Positions 49,301 through 62,643 of a stretch of 64,000 bases of DNA are shown here, piece after piece (within the stretch, counting starts at the first letter, position 1; each line of letters opens with the position of its first letter). Under the pieces are notes generated by a model, which saw only the letters and a list, made by a program, of their open reading frames with translations, was not told the origin of the DNA and ran no database searches. Position numbers and translations under genes: made by a program. The DNA is from Marsupella aquatica (lineage: Eukaryota; Plantae; Marchantiophyta): NCBI GenBank assembly GCA_973895155.1, contig OZ316893.1:26214798-26278797 (forward strand). Direction: 5' to 3'.

Positions 49301-52300
49301 GATCATCTCCACGGAATGTTTTCGAGTCAGTTACACATTAGATCAATGACAAACAATGAGGATCGTGCAGACTCACAGTTTCACCAACTGCTTGACCACG
49401 TTCCTTGGAAACTCGATCAGCAAGGCCAATTGCAGACAACCGTCTTGGCTGGGTGCAAATAATGTTGCAAAGAGCCCCCTTGTCCTTCTCAATGTAGTCT
49501 TCAAGCACATATTGTGGCACCTATAGCAGAAGTCGAATTCACACCAACCAATTGACATTTTGTATCATTTCAAAAAAACAGCATATTAAGTCTCTTATAT
49601 TCTTAGTTGCCATTAACGCTTTTTATGCAGAAGGACAGAACTGCGGTACCCAAGATCATATGTCAAGTACCTGAGTGCTCTTGCCACATCCTGTCTGCCC
49701 CGCAATGATTATAACCTGGTGAGAATTAACGATAGATAAGACAGAATCTTTTTGTTGAAAAGCAGGCAGCTTGGACCTTACAGCCCACATATCTCCGTGC
49801 CTTCCTGACTTCCGCAGTTGCTCCCATTCCATCTTCAGTTTCGCACTTTCTTTACTTTCATCAACTCCAACACTGGTCCGCTTGGTTTTACTAGAATCGT
49901 GCAAACGTTGCTGGATGCCACCAACCCCCACCTCCTGCTGGTCTTCTGACAGAAGTGGAGTGCTAGAAGACAGCTTTCTTAAAGCAGGCGGTATATATGC
50001 TTTAGCCAAGGGCAGGTTATCCCCGTTGCTAGTGGATTTACTCAATAACATCAAGCTAGGAAGGTTAAGACTGTCATCTATTCTTTTAATTTCCTCGTCA
50101 GAAAGTTTTGCAGCCATAACAAATGCAGGGCTGATTTCAGAGTCGTCTCTGCGCTCCATAGCAGGTCCTACATACTTGCGAGTGAGATCTTGGGCTAACT
50201 CCGTGGCAAGCTGGACAAGGTCGTAAATCACGGGTCTGCCCACCGAGGCTGCAGCTTCACCAACCACTCGCTTTGTCAGGTCTGATATATCTTCTGGATG
50301 CAGTTCCTTGCTTCGAAAGGCTATTACTGGTACCTCCAAAGGATATCTAGATCCAGCAGGAATTCTCACCTGCAAACGAGAGGGCCAAGTCCAGGATAAA
50401 TTCCCATTAGCTGCATAAATAATGAACTACTAAAGACCAAATTTAATACCTTTGAAAGTGAGTGGGCAAGGACGAAATAAAGTATTCCTAGTGTTATACT
50501 GTGGATCTTAGGAATTAATATTTCAGACTTTGCGGGAAGTTCATTAATCACTACTGATAGCAGTTCACGTCAAAGCAAAATTTGGGTGCTTCACGAGTGT
50601 CACAAGCACAGCATACCTCCATAGACAGAGTGGCAGCAGTATCCTCTCGGACAGGTATTTCAAAAACGCAGAGTGATTCTGAAACCGAAGCGACCTCTTC
50701 TCCATAAATTGATTCCAGTGCAAGTTGCTCATCTTCCCTAATGTCATATAGTTCAGCAGTATCCCTAGTCATGCCCTCCTCAGTGCCTAGATCTGTACGC
50801 AGACCTTCAAATGCAGCATCAAATAGAATGCACAAAGCCAAGTCTTCATCTCCACTTGCCGCTGACAACGCAGCCACACAATCAGCCAAGGCATAGCCAT
50901 ACTCTTGGAGGATAGATAGACTGTCTTGATCTAAACTTGCAGGTACAGTATATTCGGCTTTCTTCCCACGGACCAGGACCTGAACTGAAGCTTTTGAAGC
51001 ATCAGGAGCAAACTTAGTGGGCAACTCTTGTTCGGGAACATTGAGAATCAACCAGTCAAGGGCACTGGACAGATCATGTCTCTCAACAAGTGCTGAGTTC
51101 ACATGATGTACTTTGAATCCCAAGCTTAGCAACTTCCGCCGCACGGCCTGCAACTCAGTGGCTTTCCTGCGTTCTTTTGCTGATTCCTTCATTTCGCTAG
51201 CTTGTTGGTCCGACGATTCGAGTTGTTCCCAGGTGTATTCACCTTGGATCTTGCTATCGTTTAAGCTAGGATTCAGCTTATCTAATTTCGTAATTTCAAC
51301 TGGCTCTCCCCTACTTTGTTGACTATTCCCATTTTGACTCACACCAAGCAGTCTGTCGCTGCTGCTTGTGTCATCAACGTTGTCTTGCCCTCGAAGAAGG
51401 TCTTCCACAAGTCTCCTGTTGTTTTCACTCATGAAAACAGAGTGTAGCTCCCGAGGTAACGGAGCTGATTTTGGTTTTGGCTGTGGTGGGTTCGCTTTCA
51501 GATAAGCTTTACGCTTTTCTGCAGCCACGTCCAAGTCATGCCATTGCTGTTTGTACTCGTCTGCAAGAATCCGGTCAAGCCTGCAACATCGGATTTTTCA
51601 CCGCATCTCAGGAAGACTCTGGTGGAACGGTACAAGATACAAAGAAGAAGATCAACTCCCAATGGAAATCAAGCATTGAACTAACGGACAAAGCAACACC
51701 ATGCTCCAGGTTTGATACACTTAAGGCTGGAGTAGAAAGTTTCTTAGGACGCAATACAACAAGTCATGTGAACCCCGCTTAGGTATACATGATATCATCG
51801 ATAATGTCAGTGCTAATAGGCTACAACAACCCGGAGCATTTGATTCAACACAGCTAAAGATATTTTTCAAATTCTGTAGAAGCGTTGATTTTCACATACA
51901 GGTATAGTCAGATTACCAAGCTGGTGTTTGGATATGGCAACCAAGGTTTCCTTGTCGATCAATTGAAAGGCGGATCTAAACGGAAAATTGTTTCCACGTT
52001 ATCCGACGTTTGGCAAGAATGTTACCTCCGGTTGCCCAAGACATGGTGCAAGCCAATAACAGCAGCCCGATGCTGTGCTTCCTGAGATGAACGAGTTGGA
52101 GTACCCCTATACCACAGGATGACGTCAGCTTCACTCTTCTTTGCATCTGGCAATATAACACGACAGTAGAATCCTCCATCCTCCTCCACCTGCAAAATGC
52201 GGGATACCCACATCAATGGCCAGAATTTTTAAAGGACTATATTCAATCCTCCACTCCACTCCAAGCTCCTCCATTTCACAGCGAAATTTCAGCCAACTAA

Positions 52301-54069
52301 AACTCAAGCAAGGTTACCAACTAGATATAAGCAAAACTGGTCCTCAAATCACTCGGATTTACATTGAAATCAATGTCAAACGAAACCCAAAACATACTCT
52401 TTAAACGTAAAAAAGACGGAACAGTGATCCCCCCCAACTTTTTTCACTTACAGCAAAATTGCTGACAAACCAAAAGTCTATTAAGGTTTCTAAACGTAGA
52501 AGTAACCAAAACTGAACACTCAAACTGTAGCTCAGAACGGACATCTACGGAAGACATCAGAAACAGGTCTCTTACAAAACACTCCTATAATTACATGTCA
52601 GTCATATTCAAAGGCCACTTGGTCCGTGATGGACTTATTTCATTACATAAACTAACAGCGTGGCAACTGCATGGCAAGAGAACAGAGATGCAGCAATCGA
52701 GGGCTGAACAGATGAAAGTAGTATTACTGTGAAACGAGCTGGAAATAACTGACATGTTTGAATTTTGGAACGGGTCTCTTATTTTTTTGACACCATTCAT
52801 GGAGTAAAGTTTTCGGAGTCTTGATTGGATAAGATGATGATGACTGCTGCTGCTGCTGAGGTTGCCCTTGGTCAACACCATCTGCTTGCAACAAATTGCC
52901 ATCTTCATTTGCATCCTGTCCATCCGAACTCTCGTCGGCATGCTTGTTTTTTAGATGCTCTTTCAGGCGCCCATCTTGCTTGAAAATCCTATCGCAGAAC
53001 GGGCACGGCAAAGGCTGCGATGAAAATAACCACCACATCAGATGCAAATTCTTAATCAGGCCGCCACCATTGTCCACTTCTGGATTGTCCAGAGGGATTC
53101 TACCTTCACCGAGATAAGGAAAACTACAACGATTCCCCGAAACAGGACACTGCTTCATGTATACCTATTAAACACAGACTCTTGTCCGAATGCAAAGATT
53201 CATAAAAAACCGTGAGAGTGCACTGAGTGCACATGAAAGACGTTTCCCAACAAGACTTTCGGAGTCAACAACGACGTGAGATTGCCAAACCCCATAGAGA
53301 AGGGCCAAAACCCCAATTCGCCTTCACTGAGCCGGTAATGAAAGAATTTTCCACACAAACTCTCTTCGAATCCAACAGGTCAGCCACAACGACAGAGAAA
53401 AAGAAAAAGAACAGAATCACCCCAAATCACCTTCATAATTTCATCCCCAACACAGAAAGACCTTTCCATCAACATCTATCTCAACAGACTATTCATTGAT
53501 TCGAGCAACAACGTCAATAACGAATGAATGAATTTTTTTGAAGGTCAAGCCTTTCGTGGCAGTAAGCACCCAGTGGCATTCTGCATGCTATCCATCCCCT
53601 TGCTTGAATTTGGGTACCTCAATGTTTATTTTTGACAAGCAGCTGTTTATTTCTCCAAGGGTAGGGAGACAGTACGAGCATAATCTCGAGACCCATCAGC
53701 AAGTGATTAGAACCAAAAGGGGCCGGATAACCTCTGAGGAACAATCAACCTCTGCTGGTCGAAAGATGGGCCCAAAAGATTCAAATTAAAGAGCGAGCGA
53801 GATTGATGAACCTCTAGAGAGGAGAAGGCCCCAAAACCCAATGCAAAGGAAATGAGAAGATCGAACGACAGAGTGGTACGGATAGAGAGGAGGAGCGTTG
53901 AATCGTAACGAAGAATCTCAACATTAATCTAACCAGTACAGCTTACCGCTCCAGAATTCTTGGCAGCGGTGGGTGCAGCCTTTCCTCCACAGCCGGCAGC
54001 ACCGGTCTTGTAAACGTGGCGAGGGGGCTTGGGCTTGTTGGTGCCGCCACCGCTAGTGCTGCTCGCCAT
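46393..54069 (-). CDS. DExH-box RNA helicase, DHX57/DHX29-like (C2H2 finger, dsRBD-like, UBA-like, RWD, DEXH, HELICc, HA2, OB), 10 exons
   Basis: [50 protein letters not shown]2 LTPLGHHL. Exons predicted from GT-AG sites: 54069-53947, 53014-52754, 52189-52026, 51580-50617, 50369-49671, 49520-49377, 49224-49028, 48805-48050, 47916-47682, 47481-46393. Confidence 0.9.
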
Positions 54070-54147
54070 CGATCGACGATCTCCAGCAAGTAACTGGATA
54101 CAAACAGCAGCTATTATTGTGCTCAAGAGGTAGCTTCGCTTGCTCTG

Positions 54148-54200
54148 CTTCACTTCACTTCACTTCACTTCACTTCACTTCACTTTACTTACTTCACTTC
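54148..54200. repeat. (CTTCA)n microsatellite in the helicase 5' region
   Basis: Directly visible. Confidence 0.9.
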
Positions 54201-54457
54201 CCTTCGCTTCGCACGCCCGTCGCCAATTTTTCCAGGAGGTCAAGGTTGTCTCTCTGCGGCTCTGCCTCTCCACAGACTGAATAAAATCGAATCCATAGAT
54301 TGATTGACTAATTGTGATTGATTGAGGCAGAGGAGGATTTCAAACCCTCCTCGGTTCCTTCTCATGAAAGGCAGGTCTGTGGTACATCATCAGTCTCCCT
54401 TCTACCTTAGTTGGTTCTTGGCTTAGGACTTTGTTATCTCTACCTTACCCTACCTTT

Positions 54458-54461
<4 letters not shown>

Positions 54462-54500
<39 letters not shown>
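54462..54500. repeat. (CT)n microsatellite
   Basis: Directly visible. Confidence 0.95.
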
Positions 54501-54502
<2 letters not shown>

Positions 54503-57494
54503 GGCTCTCTCTGTGTTCGGCTGGGTGGCCGTTCTTTGAACATAACTAGAGGTGAGTACATGGGGGCCGTTCTTTGAATATAAATAGAGATGAGTACATT
54601 CAAGCCTGGTGCACTATTTTCAGAGACTTGCTCTGCCCCCATTTTCCACTCCATGGTCTTGAGGTTTCACTCTAGATAGTAGGCCCGGAAGTGTAGCTTT
54701 GTATGGTGATTATATAGTTAGATTTTCTGCTTTTTCATGTTGCTTGGATGCCAGACCAACCATGTACTAATTCCCCAGTTCATCCAAGCATCCAATTGAA
54801 TGCACATAAAACTTCTAATTCAAGAGTTGCATTATGGGTTTAAATGTGCCATGAGGATTTGTAGAATATGCTAAGACTTCCCTTCATAAACATGATTGTA
54901 TTAAGGACAAATTAAAAGAGGGGGTTTTAGGGTGCTTAGGTGGAAGACTAATAACCTGTTTGAAGGAATGTGCAAGTCCTTGAAAGCTTCTGCCACAAGT
55001 CAGGATTTATTGATAGGCTGTTATTCTCCCCCATCAAACTCTTCCTTGTTTTTTTTATCATTTCATTTCCCCCAAAAAAACATTTGATGTCCTTCATAGT
55101 CATCATCTGAGTTATTGCTCATGAAAAAGTTTTTTGCAGCCTTGTTTACTAATGTTTTGGCCTTTACTTGTTAAAGTTCTTATCACTATGAATAGATTGT
55201 CTACATTATGGAAACACTATGTATGTGCATTTATAAGTTAGGGGCTATGTGCTTTCATGTTTCTTCTCTCCTTCCAAATTTCAGATCCAGTCGAGCTTAG
55301 ACGATAATCTTTGTACGATCATGGCATCAGGCAACTTTACTGTGGTATCAGATTTTAAGCTTTGCATGTGTACACCTAAAAGAGCTAAGCCGTGTTATCC
55401 CACACTCAAGAATTCCACAAGTAACTCAGAAGGAGCTCCACTGTGAGGGCTACCCCCACACAGTTTGATGAGCTTGATCATGGTGCATGATTTTGGGTGG
55501 GACCAGAATGGTGTGGAGTGGGGGTACTCAAAAAGCTCTCTAATTTATTATCACTATCTTGAGTGTCTGTTCTTTGAACATAAATAGAGGTGAGGATATA
55601 TTAAAACCCCTGGTCCATTTCCAGACACTCACCTTGCCCCCAATTCTTGTTTGCACTTGCACCGACATCTTCAGGTATGCTCAAAGTCACGGTCTAGAGG
55701 CTTCACTGTGGACGTAGGCCCTGAAGAGTAGCTTTCTTTTGCAAGTATATAATTAAATGCACTGAGTACACTATTGCAGAACTCTTGTACTTGACAGCTC
55801 GTGACTATGGTTCAACAAATGACTCATAACACATCATCTAAGTGTTCCCCTCTAGACACACTTAGAGGGTGATGCGTGCCAACACTTGCTATTTCTAAGG
55901 AGTTGATGCACACAGCAATGAAGGTTGAATAGGTGCTGGAGAGTCAGGTAGAACTATGCAGAATCACAACCACTAAAAGAATCATGAAGTTGGAGTGAGA
56001 ACAGTCTACCTTACCTTGTACACCCACCCTGATGGATGCCCAGGTGCAAAGCCCACACCTTGCCACCCTCTAGATTGCCACAAGTACTCATCCCATTTGC
56101 AGGGGTACCCACCTCATCCAGGCATGCTTAGAAAATTCCCCCATCTAGCCCAAACTCAACACATACAATTGGTGTGCTCCAATGCCACACGGATTCATCC
56201 CTTGAGGAGGCACACTCCTGCACCGACCACTTCCTGCCATAATTGCCAAGAAAATCCAAGTTCATGCACCTCACCTCAACTTGAAACATGCAAATACAAA
56301 ATTTTATGCAACTGTGTACTTGGCGGTCAGCTTACGTGGCGCCGGGTGCTTGTGACAAGCAAGTTTTCAAGTTCAATCTCGACATGCAAGTTTTCAGTTC
56401 CAATTCCGATGAGCAAGTTTTCAAGTTCAATCCCGGCACAAACAGTATCTTATGGTACTTATAAGCATTGAATGGAAAATTAACAGAAATGTAAACTGAG
56501 AGGTTTGGTGTCTCCAAGCCGATTGGGTTGCTTTGCTCAAAGGGGGCTTGGGTTAAAAAGCATTGGCGGTGAAGTATCAGTCTCTAATTTGACATTCTCA
56601 TCCTCATGCCCTGCCTACAATAGGGTTTGCCATATAGAAAACCTCATTGCTTGGTCAACCGTATGATGGCCACTAGATAGTTATATAACAAGCATGGATT
56701 TGATGAGTGACGACACATTATCAGACCATGAGCTTTTCTGTCCCCAATACTCTAAATTCCATTTCCCATAAACCCTGATTGTGAATTTTTGTTTGTTAGT
56801 CTGAGTAAAGTTTTGCCATCATCACCCCACAAGTCTGTTGAGAGTTTTGAGACTTCACCCCACGAGTCAGCTGAGGGTAACCCCAATGGCCTAGAAATCT
56901 CAAATTTGAATGAGAATCTGCAAATGGGGCTCCAGGCCTAGAAATCTCAAATTTGAATGAGAATTTGCAAAGGGGGGTCCAGGGAAACCCCCATGGCAGC
57001 CTGGCCCGGAATTGTCAAACTCCAATGAGAATATGCAAGTGGTGCAAACCCCTATAGCAACCTCGCCTATGATTCTCGTATTTGATTTGCAATTGCCGAA
57101 CAGATAGGCACACCATTTTGCAATGTGAACGTGAATTTAATGCTTCAAAAATTCATTTTGGGGTTGATTCTCAGATTTGATTTGGAATTGACAACAGCTC
57201 GGCCAGACAATTTCGCAATGTAAAGGTGAATGCAATGTTACAAAAATTCATTTGGGGGCCTACACTCGGTGACACATTCCCAAGAGTGGATTTTGGGCTC
57301 CAACCCCTTCCCGGATTACATCCCACTACCCCTCTTGGGAAAGGATTCACCCATGACCCCTCTTGAATGGATTCACCTTCTCGTTCCTCAGCAAACTAGC
57401 ACTACTGATCCCCATAAAAGGTAGTCAGCTTCTAGACTCTACCACACCACTTGAAATTCCTGACCAACGCTCAGACACTACATTGAAAAGATTC

Positions 57495-57822
57495 TCGCAG
57501 CAGTAAGGTCTCTGGAAGCAGGATGAGGTAGACATTCCCCACGCCAACTTCATTGCGGATTTCATGACCCAAAGCTCCCAAGTTTCATTCCAACCATATA
57601 GTAGTTATCCTTCAGCAGTGTGGACCCTGGAAGTGAGATGAGCAGGATTCCCAGTCAGATTTAGTTGCAGCACTGAGGTAACTGGAACTGACAGGAGACG
57701 ACATTCGCAATCAGATAAAATTGCAGCAGTCAGGTTACTGGTAGTGAGAAGAGAAACACAATCCCAGACAGACTAAAATGTTGCACTGAGGATAATGGAA
57801 GTGAGATGAGAAACAGATCCCC
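57495..57822. repeat. Degenerate ~55-60 bp tandem repeat (GCAGCAGT.AGGT..CTGGAAGTGAGATGAG...ATTCCC), ~5 units
   Basis: Recurrent motif at ~57497, 57614, 57667, 57723 and 57783. Confidence 0.65.
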
Positions 57823-59005
57823 AGGTCATGCAGACAAGCCCACAAAGAAAATCAACATACCCACCAGTATGACCCAGGATAGAACGCAATTTATGTGCCG
57901 GTGTTTCATGAAGATATCAATTGCAAGATATCTTATCCATAACTTGAAGACAAAATGTCAAGGTCGACATTGACACAGACTTTGCAAAAACGTGTCTGAG
58001 ATAGAGAAAGAGCTTTACTGCAATGAGGTACGGTACACTCGTCAAAAATTAACACTACGAAGCGAAAGGAGGACATGTCGCTCACAATCGCAAGAGCGCG
58101 TAGTGTTTTGGGGTTCTGCTGAATTCCATTTTTGCACTTCTCAACTCGCAGTAATGGGACCAGGATCAGCCCGTGAGAAGACTGCAACTCCTTCCGGGAG
58201 ACAATGAGACACTACTGATCCTGCCCCCATTAATGGGAGTGGGAGCGGAAGGGGAGAGGTGAGGTGAATCTCTAACAAAATCTTTGGAGGACGAGACCTT
58301 CTTCCTTTGGAGATGATTTCTGGATGATCAGGTCTAAATCTATAAAATACTAGCCAGCTCCAATGAATGCCGAAACATATCAGCCGCAAAAGCTGTGATC
58401 ATGTTCCGTAAATGACATATTTATTGTTTTAAGGAGAAGAAGGGAAGGGGGGGGGGGTTCCTCACGGAAAATGGAACGGAACTCCGAAGTCACGTCCAGG
58501 CCCAAAGATAATCACATCTAGCCGCAAAGGTTATCAGCTCCACATAACAGAAATTATTCGTGTCCATACTACAGACTCATCAAAAATTGACCAACTTCAG
58601 GTTCGTCTTGGGGCCCTCTCTTCTATCCGGAACTCATCAAGCGCATCCACTCGTCGAAGTCCTCCGCTGCTGCCTTCGTTTGGCACTCTCCAGCCCAGTC
58701 CAGTCCCACACCATGAGTGCCGTTGTAGCTGACGTACAAATGACTCTTCTAGCTGGCTTCAGTAGCTACACATGTCTGCTGATGAGTCGGACCAGAGCCT
58801 GTAGCCTTTCTACCGAGAAGAAAAAGTTGGTCCAAGAGGAAAGGACAACTCCGACCTATTCGCCATCCGAACTTGGACAGGAGCACATCTACATGAGCAA
58901 TAGCCCACTTCTAGTGAAAAAGATCTATCAGTGTCATCCTACTTATGTCCAGAAAAATTGTTCGTGCTGTACATGGCTGCACTCAAGAGGAAGCTGGGAA
59001 CTCTC

Positions 59006-62000
59006 TTAATCAGTGTACATCTGCTTTCGATCATGGGCCAGCTCTCCATAACCGTTGTACGTCGATCTATCGGAAGGTTGGAAGCCCCTTTGCTCACGTA
59101 CCTGCGTAAGCCCACCACACCATTCGTCATAAAAACGAATAGCATCAATTTTTACAGTGCTGAATAGGGAAAACACACAACTACAAAGATCGACGAAGGA
59201 CAGGCTCACGTACCAGCTGCTGTTTCCAATCCACATCATTACGCCTTGCCCAGGATGTCTCGTGGACGCCAGAAGATGCAGACGTCAAGTACAGGGAGCA
59301 ATTATTCTCTCCGCTGCGGCTGGTGTCATGATAAGGACCTTCTTCACCATCAGCATCTTCTCTGGATTCTGGAGGGGTAGCTGGCCTGTTCACCGAGACG
59401 CCAAATATCCTGGTTGTACGCTCACCGTGAGAGGGAGCGGCAGTTTGATGAGTCGGGTTGTCCCAAACAACAGATTGAGGAGCGGATTGATGACTGGTAC
59501 TAGTAGAATCTGAAGGGGGAACATTGCCCATGGAGAGTGCAGTGTAGTCAGATCTGCCTGGTGGCGTTACACAACTGGTCCCTTTTTGTTGTGGCCTAGG
59601 TGAAGGCAGAAATTCTCGAAGACCAAGAGAAGGCTGCTGACTACAAGTAGACCTGCTGCTCGACTGATCTTCAGCAACAGCTGAAGACACGCGTAGTTGC
59701 AGATCCGGACTGTCAGTTTCTGACTTTACAAAGGAGTGGAGAGTGGTTGGTCTCGGACTGCAGGGTTGCATGGTTTCGAGCTCACATCGGGCTTTGTAGA
59801 CTCTGTACACCTGCAACCCAAAATCGGTGTTTTCTCCCTGACGGACATCCACATTCCTCTGACTGAACAGATCCTGCACTCCAAATGTGGGCAAGGAATC
59901 CTGCCTTCTGAATTGACTTCCGGAGTTCAGATTCATGGCTGCCACGACACCGAAAGATAATGTTAATGCTTGAAAAAGTCACCAAGATCTTGAAAGATGA
60001 AAGAGAACACTCGGCCAGCACAAAATAGGTCCGAGGCAGAATACTCACGTGGAGCAACTGGGGGTGTTTGCAGCTGTGGCGGTGGCTTGTAGCGCTTCCT
60101 TGACCTGTCTTGCGTGGGCTGGCTCACCCGCGCGGAGAAGGGAGCGATCTCCCAGGGAGAAACTCGCTCGTGCCTTTCACTGCCTGATTCATCCCAATTC
60201 ACCTGCTCACAAAGACGGATTATGTTAACCTTCGTCATCACTTCGATAACAAATGGGAGTGAAAGGCAAGGACGAAGACTTTGCTTCGGCTTGACCGAGA
60301 ACACCGGAATCTTGCTTAGACTACCAAAAATTTCCGAAACTCTACCATATGAGAGACCAACCTGAAGTGATCTCCAGACAGATCCAGGCCATCTCGCTGG
60401 GTCGTAGTCAGAGATCTCAGTGACAGTACCCGTAAGCTTAGAATCTGAGGAGTCCTCGGACTCAAACCTGCTCCTGTTCCGCTGACCAACAGAAGGACTA
60501 CTCTTCATTGCCAAGGACTTGGTATCCGAGAGTGCATACTCCGACTTCACCCGTTGCCCCGTAGAGAAGGTGGTTTTCATTGCATTCGCGTACTTCGAGT
60601 ACGGTATTACGAACTGAGACGGGCAAGATCTGCAGAATCAGGTTTGGGTCAGGAGGACGCAGAGCCAAGAATCCGTGAGGTACCACGAGAAAGCAGAACA
60701 GGTGTACAAGCCAATTAAAAACCCACCGAGGGTTGTAGATAAGAGAGAAACGAGAGTTCTCCGACGAAGCATGGGCAGCAGCTTCCAAAACACCGATCGC
60801 CATAGTAGGCGTGGTCACCATAATGTTATTATGTTTCTGCTGCCTGGGAGCCAAACGCACCGCAATCCGGAGCTGCCCATCCTCTCCTCTGAAAGAACAA
60901 GCACAGGATGAACCTCAATACAAGACCGGAGGCATGAACTTAGTACAAGACAAGATCCAAAGCAATAAGCTCATCAGCAGAAACATTTCTTAATTGCCAA
61001 GCCCCACCTCAGAAACAGAACAGCATCGCCAGAGACGAGCCGCTTTTGAGAGACAAAAACACTCCATCCAGTTGTGAGAAGATGCCGCTTGGGTTGACCT
61101 ACAAAGCCGAAATCAAAACAATATCAATACTTGCTCTGAGAGGAGTTTGACCAAACATCTACACCAGAGAGTGAAAAATAGGAGGCTTCAAGCCAAGGTC
61201 ATACCTCGGAACAAATGCCGAAACTTCCATTCGTTGCCATGCAGATCCTTGGCAATCAAATCCTGGATAGGATTGTCCTGCGTCTTATCCTGCTCAAAGG
61301 ATCAAACGAAACCCAAGGTCAGAAAAATGAGTGCGTTCACACTAAACTCCTGCATCCATCCAACAGAACGGCCCTACATGAAACTCTTTCCCTCGCACTT
61401 TCACAACGGAGACTTGACCAAAGCGCTGACCATTTTCCAAAGAAATCGAAGGTTGGCGATTGCATGAGAGATAGTGGGACCAACGACATGACACATCACT
61501 CACCAGAGGAGGAAAGCAGTCTTCAGCCCCGCGGCGTGGTACTGAGAACCCTCCATGTGTGCTCGTGTCCGAGACGGTTAGCACTTTCGTGAAGCATACA
61601 GATTTCGATTTCGGTCGCGTAGGAGGCTCTAGGCTGGAGGACTCTTGAGATGGGTCACTCACAGGACACAGAGTCAGGGTGGCGAACACCTCGTCTGTAT
61701 CTGGATCGGCCTGTACCACACCACAAGGCAACATATCTCAGAACCTTAGACCCAAATTGGAGAAGAGGAAAACAACCAGCAATTGCTGAAGGCAAGAGGG
61801 TTTGGTAGACCAGGAACTCACACTTAGCCGTATATCGTGGAGAGTACACGGAATAGCTGCAGGTAGATGCTCATAACGGGGAACGTGTCCCTCCACGTCC
61901 GGAGTGTTGCAGGATGCGACCTGTATAGTAATGTATTACAAGAAGTCAAGAAGCGGATAGAATAAAGACTCAATGGAACAGAGAGCTACAAAAAATCATA

Positions 62001-62643
62001 TAGCCATTATACCATCGATCGGAACTCTGATAGATTTGATGCGGAATCTGGAAATCCATGTTACCTGCTCGATGTGGCCCTGAGGGAAATAGGCCACCAA
62101 GCTATTGACGGGAGGGAGAGTGTGCTGCGGCCCAGCACAAGCGTACCACAACTCTGCGTCCATTTCCTCCTCATCTGATGAAACGAAAGAACAGAATACA
62201 CTCAGTAACAAAGATTGCAGCAGCATGGAGTTCACAACCAGGCTTCAGTTGTAAACGTTCATCATCGAACTGGGAGTGACTGTAAACGATATCATTTCGC
62301 GGAAATGATGGAGGCCCCAAAGCTGTGGAAAACAGAACATACTTCTACAAGACGCGAAAAGGTGGGTCGAGGAGTCACTAAGTCAAAGGAAGGGGTCGAA
62401 ACCTCGTACAGAAAGAATAGGAACCACAGCAGAGCAACCCATACGATGTAGACACAAGCTTTTAAGTCATGGATGGCAAACTGGAGTAAACCAAGAAACG
62501 ACCTGCATACAAGTATGAACATGGTTTGCGTACTCACCGCGGTGGAAATAGTTAGAGGTCTTAGAAGTCTTCGAAGAGCGCGTCATTGAGCGATCCCCTT
62601 GTTGCATGCTCATACCGTCGCTTCCATAAGGCTGACGAAACAT
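59006..62643 (-). CDS. ARF: Auxin response factor (probably class B), 11 exons, with a degenerate, truncated PB1 domain
   Basis: [116 protein letters not shown] repression motif. Predicted exons: 62643-62538, 62174-62065, 61920-61822, 61710-61504, 61289-61205, 61098-61008, 60888-60727, 60629-60362, 60202-60049, 59968-59214, 59101-59006. The first and last exons are less certain. Confidence 0.88.

Noticed and set aside
59200-60200. miR160 or tasiARF target site in the ARF
   Set aside because: No convincing complementary match found by eye on the coding strand.
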